A program made the position numbers and the translations under genes. From a virus: a stretch of DNA of 64,000 nucleotides. Shown here in pieces: positions 16,549 to 25,303 of this stretch. A model generated the notes under the pieces. The model did no database searches. It was not told the DNA's origin and saw only the letters and a list, made by a program, of their open reading frames with translations. Location of the stretch: IMG/VR virus record IMGVR_UViG_3300031450_000090. The stretch is one strand, 5' to 3'. Each line of letters begins with the position of its first letter. The stretch's first letter is position 1.

Positions 16549-17605
16549 CGGCAGCAAGATCGAGTGGACCGACGCCACCTGGAATCCGGTCACCGGCTGT
16601 TCGGTGGTCTCGCCGGGGTGCACGAACTGCTACGCGATGCGACTCGCTGGGACGCGGATGCGCGGCCATGCCTCGCGTTTGGGGCTCACTGTCGAAACTA
16701 AGGCGGGCCCTGTTTGGAACGGGCTGGTGCGCTTCAACGAGGCGTGGCTCGACCAGCCGCTCCGGTGGAAGCGGCCGCGCCGGGTTTTCGTGTGCGCGCA
16801 CGGCGACCTGTTCCACGAGGGCGTGCCGAATGCCTGGCTCGATCGCGTGTTCGCCGTCATGGCGCTGGCGCCGCAGCACAGCTTCCAGGTGCTGACGAAG
16901 CGCGCGGCGCGGATGCGGGCCTATATCGACGGTCTTACTCGGCAGGAGTGGTGGAAGGCTCGTCTTGGAGAGGCGTCCGGCGCGGAGATGCGTCGCGGCG
17001 ATGGCACATTCCCGACGTGGCCTCTTTCTAACGTCTGGCTCGGCGTCTCGGCCGAGGATCAGCAGCGCGCCGACGAGCGCGTTCCGGACCTGCTGGCAAC
17101 GCCGTCGGCAGTGCGCTTCGCGTCGGCCGAGCCGCTGCTCGGGCCGATCGACTTCACCAAGCTTCAGACCTTCGGGGGCGGCCAGCTCGACGCACTGCGT
17201 GGGATGTGGGCCACGTATCCGATCGTCGAGAGGGATGGCAGAGCAGCCCTGCTGACCAAGGCGCTGGCACGGCTCGACCAGATCATCGTCGGCGGTGAAT
17301 CCGGCCCAGGTTCCCGGCCGATGCACCAGCAATGGGCCGGCAGCATCCGTGACCAGTGCGCGTCCGCCGCGGCCGCGTTCTTCTTCAAGCAATGGGGCGA
17401 ATGGCTCCCGGTGACGCTGTACGATATCGACGGCGGCCCCGAGGTCTTCGAGGCTGACGACGGGCGTCCGGAAGGGGCGTTCGCAGGTGTGCACGTCGCG
17501 ACGCGCGCGCTCGCCGGCCAGTGGTTTGCCTGTGTCGGCAAGGCCCGCGCCGGCCGCCTTCTTGACGGCCGCATCCACGACGCCATGCCGGGAGTCGCCG
17601 CGTGA
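16541..17605 (+). CDS. Phage Gp37/Gp68 family (DUF5131), radical-SAM-like
   Basis: SKIEWTDATWNPVTGC...PGCTNCYA, FVCAHGDLFHE, FQVLTKR, NVWLGVSAEDQ, SAEPLLG, IVGGESG, FFFKQWG. Confidence 0.9.
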   Translation: MADGSKIEWTDATWNPVTGCSVVSPGCTNCYAMRLAGTRMRGHASRLGLTVETKAGPVWNGLVRFNEAWLDQPLRWKRPRRVFVCAHGDLFHEGVPNAWLDRVFAVMALAPQHSFQVLTKRAARMRAYIDGLTRQEWWKARLGEASGAEMRRGDGTFPTWPLSNVWLGVSAEDQQRADERVPDLLATPSAVRFASAEPLLGPIDFTKLQTFGGGQLDALRGMWATYPIVERDGRAALLTKALARLDQIIVGGESGPGSRPMHQQWAGSIRDQCASAAAAFFFKQWGEWLPVTLYDIDGGPEVFEADDGRPEGAFAGVHVATRALAGQWFACVGKARAGRLLDGRIHDAMPGVAA

Positions 17606-18145
17606 GCGCGGTGCTGTCGCCCTGCGGGCGCTACCGCTACCGGCTCGACCGCTCCGTCGACCTCTTGGGCCGCGGCACCGTCGGCTTCTGCCTGCACAAC
17701 CCGTCGACGGCGGACGCTGACTGTCGACGACCCGACCACGACCCGCTGCATCGGCTTCGCCCGGGGGTTCGGTGCCGCGCGCCTCGTCATCGTCAATCCC
17801 TGGGCGGGTCGTGCCACGTGGTCACGCGACCTGTGGGCCATGGCCGAGCCGGTCGGGCCCGACAATTCCCGCCACATCGCCGAGGCTGCGGCCGAGATCG
17901 CCGTCTCGTGCGGCTTCATGGTGGTGGGATGGGGCGCCGTGACGCCGCCGTGGAGGCTGCAGGACGAGGTGGGCGACCGGCTCGCCTTCGTGGCCATGAT
18001 CTTGCGCGCCTCCGCCTGCCCGGTTCTCGCGCTCGGCGTCACCCGCGACGGCTCGCCCAGGCACCCCCTCTACGTCAGCCGCGACACCCGGCCGGTGCTG
18101 TGGCCGGCGCCTCGCCCCGAACCGAAGCAGGGGATCGCCGCATGA
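17602..18145 (+). pseudogene. DUF1643-family gene split by a +1 frameshift near 17722
   Basis: 5' part LSPCGRYRYRL...HNPSTADA. Removing one base restores DVDDPTTTRCIGFARGFG...VNPWA.RAT and joins the frame ending GWG...SPRHPLY. Confidence 0.75.
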
Positions 18146-18165
18146 TCCGCCAGGAGGATCCAGCC

Positions 18166-18378
18166 ATGCCTTCCGATAATCGTCCTTCTCGGAAGCCGCA
18201 AAGGGTCGAGGGTTGCAGTCCGGAGGTCGAGCACCTCTTCGCAGAGTATTGCGCTGCGGCACGGAAAGCCCAGGCCACCCAGATGCTGGCCGACGGCGTC
18301 GCGGCCGGTCAGGCGTGGGCCGCGTTCCTGAACGCCTTCACGGGCGTGCCGGCGCGGACAGAGGCGCTTCACGCATGA
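18166..18378 (+). CDS. Hypothetical protein starting MPSDNRPSRK
   Basis: AGGAGG 8 nt upstream of ATG 18166; contains element copy f. Confidence 0.65.
   Translation: MPSDNRPSRKPQRVEGCSPEVEHLFAEYCAAARKAQATQMLADGVAAGQAWAAFLNAFTGVPARTEALHA
18169..18196 (+). repeat. dif/lox-like element, copy f
   Basis: CCTTCCGATAA-TCGTCC-TTCTCGGAAGC. Confidence 0.85.
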
Positions 18379-19637
18379 CCAGCTCGGCCGCCTTCGAGGA
18401 CTGGGTCGCGGAAGCCCGCGCCGTCACCGTGGCGGCCGAGCTGCAGCGCCGCGGCGTGCCGGCCGTGCACGAGCAGAACCGGCCGTGCCCGGCGCCGGGC
18501 TGTGGCGGAGTGGACCGCTTCGCCGTGAACACGCGAAAGAACGTGTGGATCTGTCGGGCCAGTGGCGCCGGCGGCGACGCGATCGCGCTCTGTCAGCACA
18601 TCGATGGCACGAGCTTCGCGGCTGCGGTCGAGACCCTGACGGGCCGGCCGCCGCCTGGGCGTGCCGCGGCCGAGACGGAAGCCGAGCGCCAGGCCCGGCA
18701 CGCTCGGCTGGCTGCCGCGGCCGAAGAGGCGAACCGCAAGACGGCCGAGGAGGCGATCGCGGCCCATGGCTTCCGCGAAGCCGAGCGTCGCCGTAGCCAC
18801 GCCATCTGGCGGTCCGGGCGGCCGATCGCCGGAACGCCGGCCGAAAGCTATCTGCGCTTGCGTGGCATCGAGCCCTTTGCCGGGTTGCGGATGCGCTACT
18901 TGCCGGACGCGCCGCTGTGGGACAAGCCCGCGCCGCACGGCGAGGTCGTCCATCAGGGCCCCGTGCTGCTGGCGCCGATCGTGCGCGACGGCCGCTTCGC
19001 GGGCATCCACCAGACGTGGATCGATCTCACGGCGGCGGACGGCAAGGCGCGCGTGCCCGACCGGAACGGCGAGCTGCTGCCCGCCAGAAAGGTGCGCGGC
19101 TCGAAGCGCGGCAGCCACATCGAGCTCGCCCGGGGGCCGGACGCGCCGACACGCCTCTACATGGGCGAGGGTAACGAGACCGTCCTGTCGGTACGCCAAG
19201 CGCTGGCGCGGCGTCGGCCACATCTCGTCGACGGCGCGGCGTTCTGGTCGGCCATCGACCTCGGCAACCTCTCCGGCAAGGCGGCCCGCGGCCGGGCCCA
19301 CCCGACGCTGACGACCGTGGACAAGAACGGCCGGACCTTGCCGCAGAGGGTCGCCGGCCCGGTGCCGGACCGGGAAGAGCCGGCGATCGTCTTGCCCGCG
19401 AGCGTGCTCGAGCTGGTGCTGCTGGGCGATGGCGACAGCGAGCCGGTGATGACGGGCTTCGCCATGGACCGCGCCAAGGCGCGCTACGAGCGCCACCACG
19501 AGGGTCTGTCCGTGGCGATCGCCATGGCGCCCGCCGGCCGCGACTACAACGACGTCCTCAGGGAGCCTGGGGAATCCACATCGGAGACATCGGCCGGCGC
19601 GACCGGATGGGTCGACGAGGGGAGGGGCGCCGCGTGA
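18375..19637 (+). CDS. P4-alpha-type primase: zinc ribbon plus TOPRIM
   Basis: PCPAPGCGGVDRF..N..K.VW.CR..G.GGD.IAL; MGEGNET; LLGDGD; GRDYND. Confidence 0.85.
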   Translation: MTSSAAFEDWVAEARAVTVAAELQRRGVPAVHEQNRPCPAPGCGGVDRFAVNTRKNVWICRASGAGGDAIALCQHIDGTSFAAAVETLTGRPPPGRAAAETEAERQARHARLAAAAEEANRKTAEEAIAAHGFREAERRRSHAIWRSGRPIAGTPAESYLRLRGIEPFAGLRMRYLPDAPLWDKPAPHGEVVHQGPVLLAPIVRDGRFAGIHQTWIDLTAADGKARVPDRNGELLPARKVRGSKRGSHIELARGPDAPTRLYMGEGNETVLSVRQALARRRPHLVDGAAFWSAIDLGNLSGKAARGRAHPTLTTVDKNGRTLPQRVAGPVPDREEPAIVLPASVLELVLLGDGDSEPVMTGFAMDRAKARYERHHEGLSVAIAMAPAGRDYNDVLREPGESTSETSAGATGWVDEGRGAA

Positions 19638-21136
19638 GCGAAGAAGATGTCGCCGGCGCGGTCGAGAGCGCCACGGTTCTGCAGTTCAAGGCGAAGCCGG
19701 CCAAGAAACCGCGCGCCAAGAAGCTCCGGCCGGCCAACGACCACGATGACGGCGTGCCGCTCGATCCCGGCGGCTACGACCCCGAGGACATGAACGGCGA
19801 GTGGGCCGTCGTCATGCTGGGCGGCAAGGGCGTGATGCTGCGCGAGGCGCCCGACGCACCGATCGAGGACCGTGTGCGCTTCCTCAACGTCGACGCCTTC
19901 CGGCTGCTCTATGCTAACCGATTCACGGAACGGCGTAACCCGAACGACGGCAAGGTCAAGGCCGTGACCTGGGCCGACGCCTTCATCAAGGCGCGCGACC
20001 GGCGCGGCTACAACGGCGTCGAGTTCTGGCCCGACCGCGACGACCTCGATGGCACGGACGGCTATTATAACCTGTGGCGCGGCTTCACCGTGACCCCGGA
20101 GCGGCCCGAGGGCGCCACCTACAAGACCTTCCAGGACCACCTGCTCACCAATGTCGCGGCCGGCGACCAGGCGCTGGCAACCTGGATCTTCGCCTGGTTC
20201 GCCCAGATGATGCAGCACCCGCGCGAGCGCCTCGGCACGGCCCTGGTGCTGCGCGGCAAGATGGGGACGGGCAAGACCAAGGTCGGCGAGGTGATGGGCT
20301 CGCTGATCCAGTCGCACTTCTTCCTGGTCGACGACCCGCGCTACATCACGGGCCAGTTCAACGCCCACATGGCGAGCTGCCTGCTGCTGCAGGCCGACGA
20401 GGGGTTCTGGGCCGGCGACAAGGGCGCCGAGGGGCGCCTCAAGGGCCTGATCACGGCCGAATACCAGATGATCGAATCGAAGGGCGTCGACCCGATCCGG
20501 CTGAAGAACTACGTGCGGCTGCTGATCACCTCGAACGAGGACTGGGTGATCCCAGCCGGCCGCGACGAGCGGCGCTTCCTGGTCTGCGACGTCGCCGACC
20601 ACGTGGCCCAGAACCACCAGTATTTTCGCGAGATGGATGCCGAGCTCGACGCCGGCGGCCGCGAACTGCTGCTCGCCGACCTGCTCGCCTTCGACCTGTC
20701 GACCGTCAACCTGCGGCAGATTCCCAAGACGGCGGCGCTGCTCGAGCAGAAGCTGCAGAGCCTCGATCCCTTCCACAGCTGGTGGTTCGAGAGGCTCGAC
20801 TCCGGCTCGGCGCTGCGCACCGACAGCGACTGGGTGCAATCGGTGTCGCGCGACGCACTCTACGACGACTACATCGCCTTCGCGGACCGGATCGGCATCA
20901 AGCGCAAGCTCGAGAAGCACACCTGGGGCCGGCGCCTGCACGCCATCATGCCGGAACTCGGCAAGACCCGGCGCACTGCCGGCCTCGACGGTTTCGCCGG
21001 GCGTCTGCGGCTCTACGAGCTGCCGGCGCTGCGCGATGCTCGATCGGACTTCGAGATCTCGGTCGGGCAGCGGGTGACCTGGCAGGACGGCGACTTCGCC
21101 GGCAAACCGATGGAGGGCGGGGTCGACCCCTTCTAG
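19634..21136 (+). CDS. SF3-type replicative helicase (primase-associated, DUF5906-like)
   Basis: YNLWRGF, LRGKMGTGKT (Walker A), LQADE (Walker B), LITSNE, ERRFLV. Confidence 0.88.
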   Translation: MSEEDVAGAVESATVLQFKAKPAKKPRAKKLRPANDHDDGVPLDPGGYDPEDMNGEWAVVMLGGKGVMLREAPDAPIEDRVRFLNVDAFRLLYANRFTERRNPNDGKVKAVTWADAFIKARDRRGYNGVEFWPDRDDLDGTDGYYNLWRGFTVTPERPEGATYKTFQDHLLTNVAAGDQALATWIFAWFAQMMQHPRERLGTALVLRGKMGTGKTKVGEVMGSLIQSHFFLVDDPRYITGQFNAHMASCLLLQADEGFWAGDKGAEGRLKGLITAEYQMIESKGVDPIRLKNYVRLLITSNEDWVIPAGRDERRFLVCDVADHVAQNHQYFREMDAELDAGGRELLLADLLAFDLSTVNLRQIPKTAALLEQKLQSLDPFHSWWFERLDSGSALRTDSDWVQSVSRDALYDDYIAFADRIGIKRKLEKHTWGRRLHAIMPELGKTRRTAGLDGFAGRLRLYELPALRDARSDFEISVGQRVTWQDGDFAGKPMEGGVDPF

Positions 21137-21426
21137 CCGGATATGGCGAGCGGCCGCGGGCCGCGGCGGGCGTAGCCCGGCGCTTGGCCCGCCCCGAGTG
21201 CAAGTCCGGAGCCCGCCACAGCGGCCCGGTCCGCCTGATCCCTGCGCGGGCGTGGCCGGCGCGATCCGGAAGGCTTGAACCCGCGAGGGAGCGCAAGGCG
21301 CGATTTTTTGAACGACAGGGCAGGGCAAGGGGCAGCGAACGGCGGGCGGAACGACCGCAAAATGGAGTTCAAGGTTCAGCGAGAGAGATCAGACGCAATT
21401 TTTCAGCCTCCGCCGCCCCGGCAGCG

Positions 21427-21649
21427 GACTCAGCAGACTCAGCAAATCTTTTTGCAGTGACGGAAATTCATCAACAAAATCAACGCCGGACTCAGCAGAC
21501 TCAGCAGACACAGCAAAATCCGCGAGGTTCGCTAGAAAATGCATTCTCAACAGTTGAGATGCAAAAAATTTCCTGACCTCCTCGTTTTTGCTGAGTCTGC
21601 TGAGTCTGCTGAGTTCAAACATTGATATGGTTCGGCAATTTCCGGACTC
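21427..21649. repeat. Iteron array, putative replication origin
   Basis: 9-mer GACTCAGCA direct copies at 21427, 21436, 21489, 21498 and 21507 (variant); inverted copies at 21589, 21598 and 21607 (variant); AT-rich spacer with hairpin 21541-21562; directly downstream of the helicase gene. Confidence 0.75.
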
Positions 21650-21715
21650 TGCAACATTGTAACGCTGTGCCAGGCGGCCGTTTGCGTGGACACTGACACG
21701 GTGTCGCCGCACTGC

Positions 21716-21730
21716 GTTCCACGTCTGTTC
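21716..21730 (+). promoter_or_regulatory. Alphaproteobacterial LexA (SOS) box
   Basis: GTTC-cacgtct-GTTC, 30 bp upstream of ATG 21761. Confidence 0.65.
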
Positions 21731-21760
21731 CTTTCGGCGCCGGCGCGTTATGTCTGATCG

Positions 21761-22129
21761 ATGCGATGGACGCCCGACACCATCCGGGCCAAGGCCGACG
21801 CCATGGAGCGCCGGCTCGACCGCCCCGCCACGGTGACGCCGGAGACGACGCGACTCGTGGTCGAGGCGCTGCGCTTCTTCGCGGCGCGGGGCTTCGCCGA
21901 GCGCCAGGACGGCTACACGATCGAGGTGTGGGACACGCGGCGCGGCACCGTGGCCGAGGAGGTCGGCCAGATCGCCATCCTGGCGGTGGCGGAGGCCGTG
22001 TTCGACGCCGTGCTCGAGGCGCGGCCCGGCTGCCTCGTCACACTGCGCAAGAAGGCGCTCAAGCTGCGGGAGCGCAGGGCGCCGGGCGCGGCCGCTGCGG
22101 ACGGGGAAGCGCCGGGGCAGGGTGAATGA
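21761..22129 (+). CDS. Small hypothetical protein, probably SOS-regulated
   Basis: High-GC coding pattern; SOS box upstream. Confidence 0.65.
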   Translation: MRWTPDTIRAKADAMERRLDRPATVTPETTRLVVEALRFFAARGFAERQDGYTIEVWDTRRGTVAEEVGQIAILAVAEAVFDAVLEARPGCLVTLRKKALKLRERRAPGAAAADGEAPGQGE

Positions 22130-22252
22130 GCAAGGCGAGCTCGAGATCGCCAATGGTCTACCGGATCGGTCAGGTCCTCGCCCTGTTTCAGCCTTGATTG
22201 ATGCTCGCTGCAGGCTTTACCCTAAGGGCTTCAAGGCGTCGGGAGGGCGACC

Positions 22253-23851
22253 ATGCTCGGGGCTCTGGTCAAAACTGCTATCGTCGTCGTCACCCTTGGC
22301 TTGGTCTCGCCTGGCTCAACCGCTGACCTGAAGCAGACCGGAGATCACTACTGGATCGCCCTGGCGAGCCGGCAGACTGCCGACGAGGCGATCACCATCG
22401 CACGCCGTTACACTGCGCTGCGTCCCTCTGTCGTGAGTTCGATCAACGGTTGGTACGCTGTCGTAGTCGGCCCCCGCAGCGTTCAGCAAGGGCTCGGCAA
22501 AACGACGCTGGAAGCGCTGGTGAAGAGCGATTTCATTCCCAGCGACGCCTATCTCACCCGTGGCGATGGCTACGCCGCGTTGGTTTGGAGGACGCCAGCC
22601 TCACCAATTCTCACCAGTTCGAAGTATGACGGCACCACCGATGCCGTCCTCCACAGCGGAGCGTTGCGGGTCATACTGTCGAGCGTACCTGTTGACGGTG
22701 AGGATCGAGCGCCCGTGGCGACCGGGAGTTTCGACGGGAAACCAGCTTTCGCGTTGGTTGTCGGGAAAGAGAACCCAAATCCGAAGCCGGCGTCGGAGGC
22801 GATTACGATCCGTCTCGACCACTCATCGCCGGAACCGCAGGTCGTCCTCACCTACTTCTGGCAGGGGGCTCATTGTTGCACCATGACCCGCATCGCCTCA
22901 ATGCATCCAGACGGCACTTGGAAATTGATTGATGGCGAAACGCTGGATGGCGTGGAAGGGTACCACTTCGAGGACATCACCGGCTCGGGTCAGATCGATC
23001 TGACCAGCACGGACCAAGCCTTTCCGTACACCTTCGCGTCCTACGCCTCGTCGGTGTCGCCGACCCGAATCCACCGTCTCGAGGGTGACCGCATCGTCGA
23101 TGTGACACGGGAGCCGCGCTACTACGAGTTTCTCAAACAGGAGCTCGCCGGCATAGAGAGCGGCGTGAAGCCGAACGATCCCGTCTGGCACGACAACGGC
23201 TTCCTCGCCGGCTGGGTCGCTGCCAAGATGCTGGTTGGCCAAGGGGCGGACGCTTGGTCCAGAATGCTGACGGGGTACGATCGCAGTCCGGATTTCGGTC
23301 CCGAGACGTGCGCGATCGACAAGCCAGTCGACAGTTGTCCCGACGCGAAGAAAATTCGCACTGCATTCCCAATCGCGCTCAAGGCGTTCCTAGTAGAACG
23401 AGGCTACATCCTGAATGCGTCACTGTACCCGACCCCGCCGCAGGATTTCACTCCCGAAGCACCTGTCGTATCAGCGCCGGCCATGCCGTCCGGCGCACCA
23501 CCCGCCCTGCAGCAGTGCACCGATAGCTCGGACACTGCGCGGAAGCTCATCTATCAAATGTTCGTGGGCCGGAAGCTGCAATCCGGAGAGGCATACGACC
23601 TTGTGACGCTTGAAGGCGACACGACACTCGAAGCCAGCGACTCGGGAATCGGCCGCATCGTCTGCGCAGTCACCTACGACCTGAACCTAAAGAGCCTCGT
23701 CGGACGGCTTGCCGAAAACGGCGAGTTCGGTCGTGCAGAGGCGCTGGGGAGGCTGATGCGGCGCTCGGGCACGATGGCCTCGACCCGGGTGCAGTATAGC
23801 GTGAAGCCGACGGCGACCCCGGGTACAAGCTACGTTGAGCTGCTGCGATAA
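22253..23851 (+). CDS. Secreted multidomain moron protein (SPOR-like N-terminal domain, VCBS-like middle)
   Basis: Signal peptide; YWIALAS...GWYAVVVGP; DITGSGQIDL; visibly more AT-rich codon usage than the phage core. Confidence 0.75.
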   Translation: MLGALVKTAIVVVTLGLVSPGSTADLKQTGDHYWIALASRQTADEAITIARRYTALRPSVVSSINGWYAVVVGPRSVQQGLGKTTLEALVKSDFIPSDAYLTRGDGYAALVWRTPASPILTSSKYDGTTDAVLHSGALRVILSSVPVDGEDRAPVATGSFDGKPAFALVVGKENPNPKPASEAITIRLDHSSPEPQVVLTYFWQGAHCCTMTRIASMHPDGTWKLIDGETLDGVEGYHFEDITGSGQIDLTSTDQAFPYTFASYASSVSPTRIHRLEGDRIVDVTREPRYYEFLKQELAGIESGVKPNDPVWHDNGFLAGWVAAKMLVGQGADAWSRMLTGYDRSPDFGPETCAIDKPVDSCPDAKKIRTAFPIALKAFLVERGYILNASLYPTPPQDFTPEAPVVSAPAMPSGAPPALQQCTDSSDTARKLIYQMFVGRKLQSGEAYDLVTLEGDTTLEASDSGIGRIVCAVTYDLNLKSLVGRLAENGEFGRAEALGRLMRRSGTMASTRVQYSVKPTATPGTSYVELLR

Positions 23852-23882
23852 GGCGGGGCGTCCGGACCCAGTGGGTCGGTTT

Positions 23883-23911
23883 GGTTCCGGGAAGGGGGCA
23901 TTATCGGCAGA
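23883..23911 (-). repeat. dif/lox-like element, copy g (7-bp spacer)
   Basis: Minus strand TCTGCCGATAA-TGCCCCC-TTCCCGGAACC; its TAA is the stop codon of ORF 23901..24164. Confidence 0.8.
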
Positions 23912-24164
23912 ACGTCGAGCTGTTCTCCTCCCGCTCGATCGCTCGCTTCTCCCGCGCGATGATCATCTCGACATCGAAGCTTTTCGACTCTCGACGTTCT
24001 TGGATCACGATCACACCAGGGTAGATCTCTTGGGGCATGAAGGTCCTCAAGATCTCTCTGTGAACGTCAGCGTCGGTGTCGGAGAGTTGGTTTTGATGCA
24101 GCACGGTGTGGCTCCTTGATCCGCGGATCGAGTTGCCCGATGCACCATCCATCCTGGACCGCAT
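23901..24164 (-). CDS. Small hypothetical protein bounded by elements g and h
   Basis: 87-aa ORF, AT-richer; element h ends 11 bp before the ATG and element g supplies the stop. Confidence 0.5.
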   Translation of the reverse strand: MRSRMDGASGNSIRGSRSHTVLHQNQLSDTDADVHREILRTFMPQEIYPGVIVIQERRESKSFDVEMIIAREKRAIEREENSSTFCR

Positions 24165-24175
24165 AGCCCTGTTTC

Positions 24176-24203
24176 ACTTCCGGGAAGGCGCGTTATCGGA
24201 AGC
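24176..24203 (-). repeat. dif/lox-like element, copy h
   Basis: Minus strand GCTTCCGATAA-CGCGCC-TTCCCGGAAGT. Confidence 0.9.
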
Positions 24204-24225
24204 GAATCCCGCAGCGCAGCAGTGA

Positions 24226-24411
24226 ATGGTGAGCGACATGGTGGAGCAGCCGACACCGGACGAATACCAGACCCTGATGAACGCGGCTTTGGCCGCATAC
24301 GACGCAAAGATCGTCTCCGTCGAAGTCAGTTCCGACGATCCGACGACCTTTCTCCTCACCTTGAAGCTTCCCGAGCCGCTTCGGCAGATAAGGCTTGTGG
24401 CCGAACCATGA
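24226..24411 (+). CDS. Small acidic hypothetical protein
   Basis: 61-aa ORF coupled (ATGA) to the next gene. Confidence 0.55.
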   Translation: MVSDMVEQPTPDEYQTLMNAALAAYDAKIVSVEVSSDDPTTFLLTLKLPEPLRQIRLVAEP

Positions 24412-24629
24412 TGGACGCCTTGACCTTCTTTGGTCTTTTCGCGGTAACGGCCATGCTCGTCACCTACGCCCTGGAAGAGCGAAGCCCGTGGTTCACGCTT
24501 GCTTTTGCGGGGGCATGCGCTTTGGGATCGTCCTACGGGTTCCTGCAGGGCGCTTGGCCGTTCGGACTCGTTGAGGGCGCCTGGACCATCGTCGCCATGA
24601 ACAAATGGCGGATACGGATGTCAAACTGA
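24408..24629 (+). CDS. Conserved small membrane protein
   Basis: LTFFGLFAVTAMLVTYALE.RS.WF.LAFAGAC.LGS.YGFLQGAWPFGLVE; 2-3 TM helices. Confidence 0.75.
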   Translation: MMDALTFFGLFAVTAMLVTYALEERSPWFTLAFAGACALGSSYGFLQGAWPFGLVEGAWTIVAMNKWRIRMSN

Positions 24630-24643
24630 CCCACTACCGGAGC

Positions 24644-24832
24644 ATGGAAATGGTTGATCGCTACACTAAAATTGTACTCACGATTATTGCGTTAGCGTTG
24701 GTCGCCCTGGTAGCACAGAACGAGCTTCCAAGGGCATGGGCGCAAACTGCCGGTTGCGGCAACTCCTTGTATGCGCAGCAACCATGCACGGTCGTTTGGA
24801 CTTCTCCCTTGCCGGTACGCGTTTATCAGTAA
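24644..24832 (+). CDS. Small single-TM exported protein
   Basis: DRYTKIVLTIIALALVALVA followed by a short Cys-containing tail. Confidence 0.6.
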   Translation: MEMVDRYTKIVLTIIALALVALVAQNELPRAWAQTAGCGNSLYAQQPCTVVWTSPLPVRVYQ

Positions 24833-24904
24833 GGGGTCGCCGTTCAGATTAGGACACTACCGACGTGAGGGCGCCCGTTCATCCCGTTCGTGGTATGTGC
24901 TCTT

Positions 24905-25303
24905 ATGGACGCCCCCACGCCCTGGTCTCCGCCGACGGTCGCCGCGCGACTGGTCGCCGCCTATCGGCTGATGCCGGGCCGGCCCGTGCTGAGCAGCGCG
25001 GCGGGATTCAGGGTCGAAGGGGAGGGGGTGGCCGAGGTCTTCGCCTGGCCGGACCGCTTTCTGGCCGACCCCTGGGACCGGCGCGTGCTAACCACCTGGG
25101 CCTATTGCATCGCCATGGGCTTGTCGGTGCGCGAGCGCTACCGCGGCTTCGGCTGGCCGCGCCGCACGGCCGAGCGCCGGCGCCGCCTGGCGCTGGCCGC
25201 CATCGCCGACGGTCTCAATCGGGAATTGACAGTGGCACCAAAGGCCCCCCAGCCTCCGGAGCAGGCGCCTGTTCGCCCGGACGATCGCGCGGAGCCACCA
25301 TGA
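24905..25303 (+). CDS. Hypothetical late-region phage protein (DUF6362-like)
   Basis: WSPPTVAARLVAA...W...R....WA.C.A.G......GW.RRTAERR pattern. Confidence 0.6.
   Translation: MDAPTPWSPPTVAARLVAAYRLMPGRPVLSSAAGFRVEGEGVAEVFAWPDRFLADPWDRRVLTTWAYCIAMGLSVRERYRGFGWPRRTAERRRRLALAAIADGLNRELTVAPKAPQPPEQAPVRPDDRAEPP

Noticed and set aside
21427-21615. Possible CRISPR array or DGR repeat
   Set aside because: Repeats are 9-mers without unique spacers; no cas or reverse transcriptase gene in the window.
21731-21758. TTATGTCTGAT resembling a XerD arm
   Set aside because: No plausible XerC arm 6 bp upstream.
22122-22331. 69-aa ORF bridging 21761 and 22253
   Set aside because: Overlaps the 532-aa gene and has no recognisable features; probably spurious.
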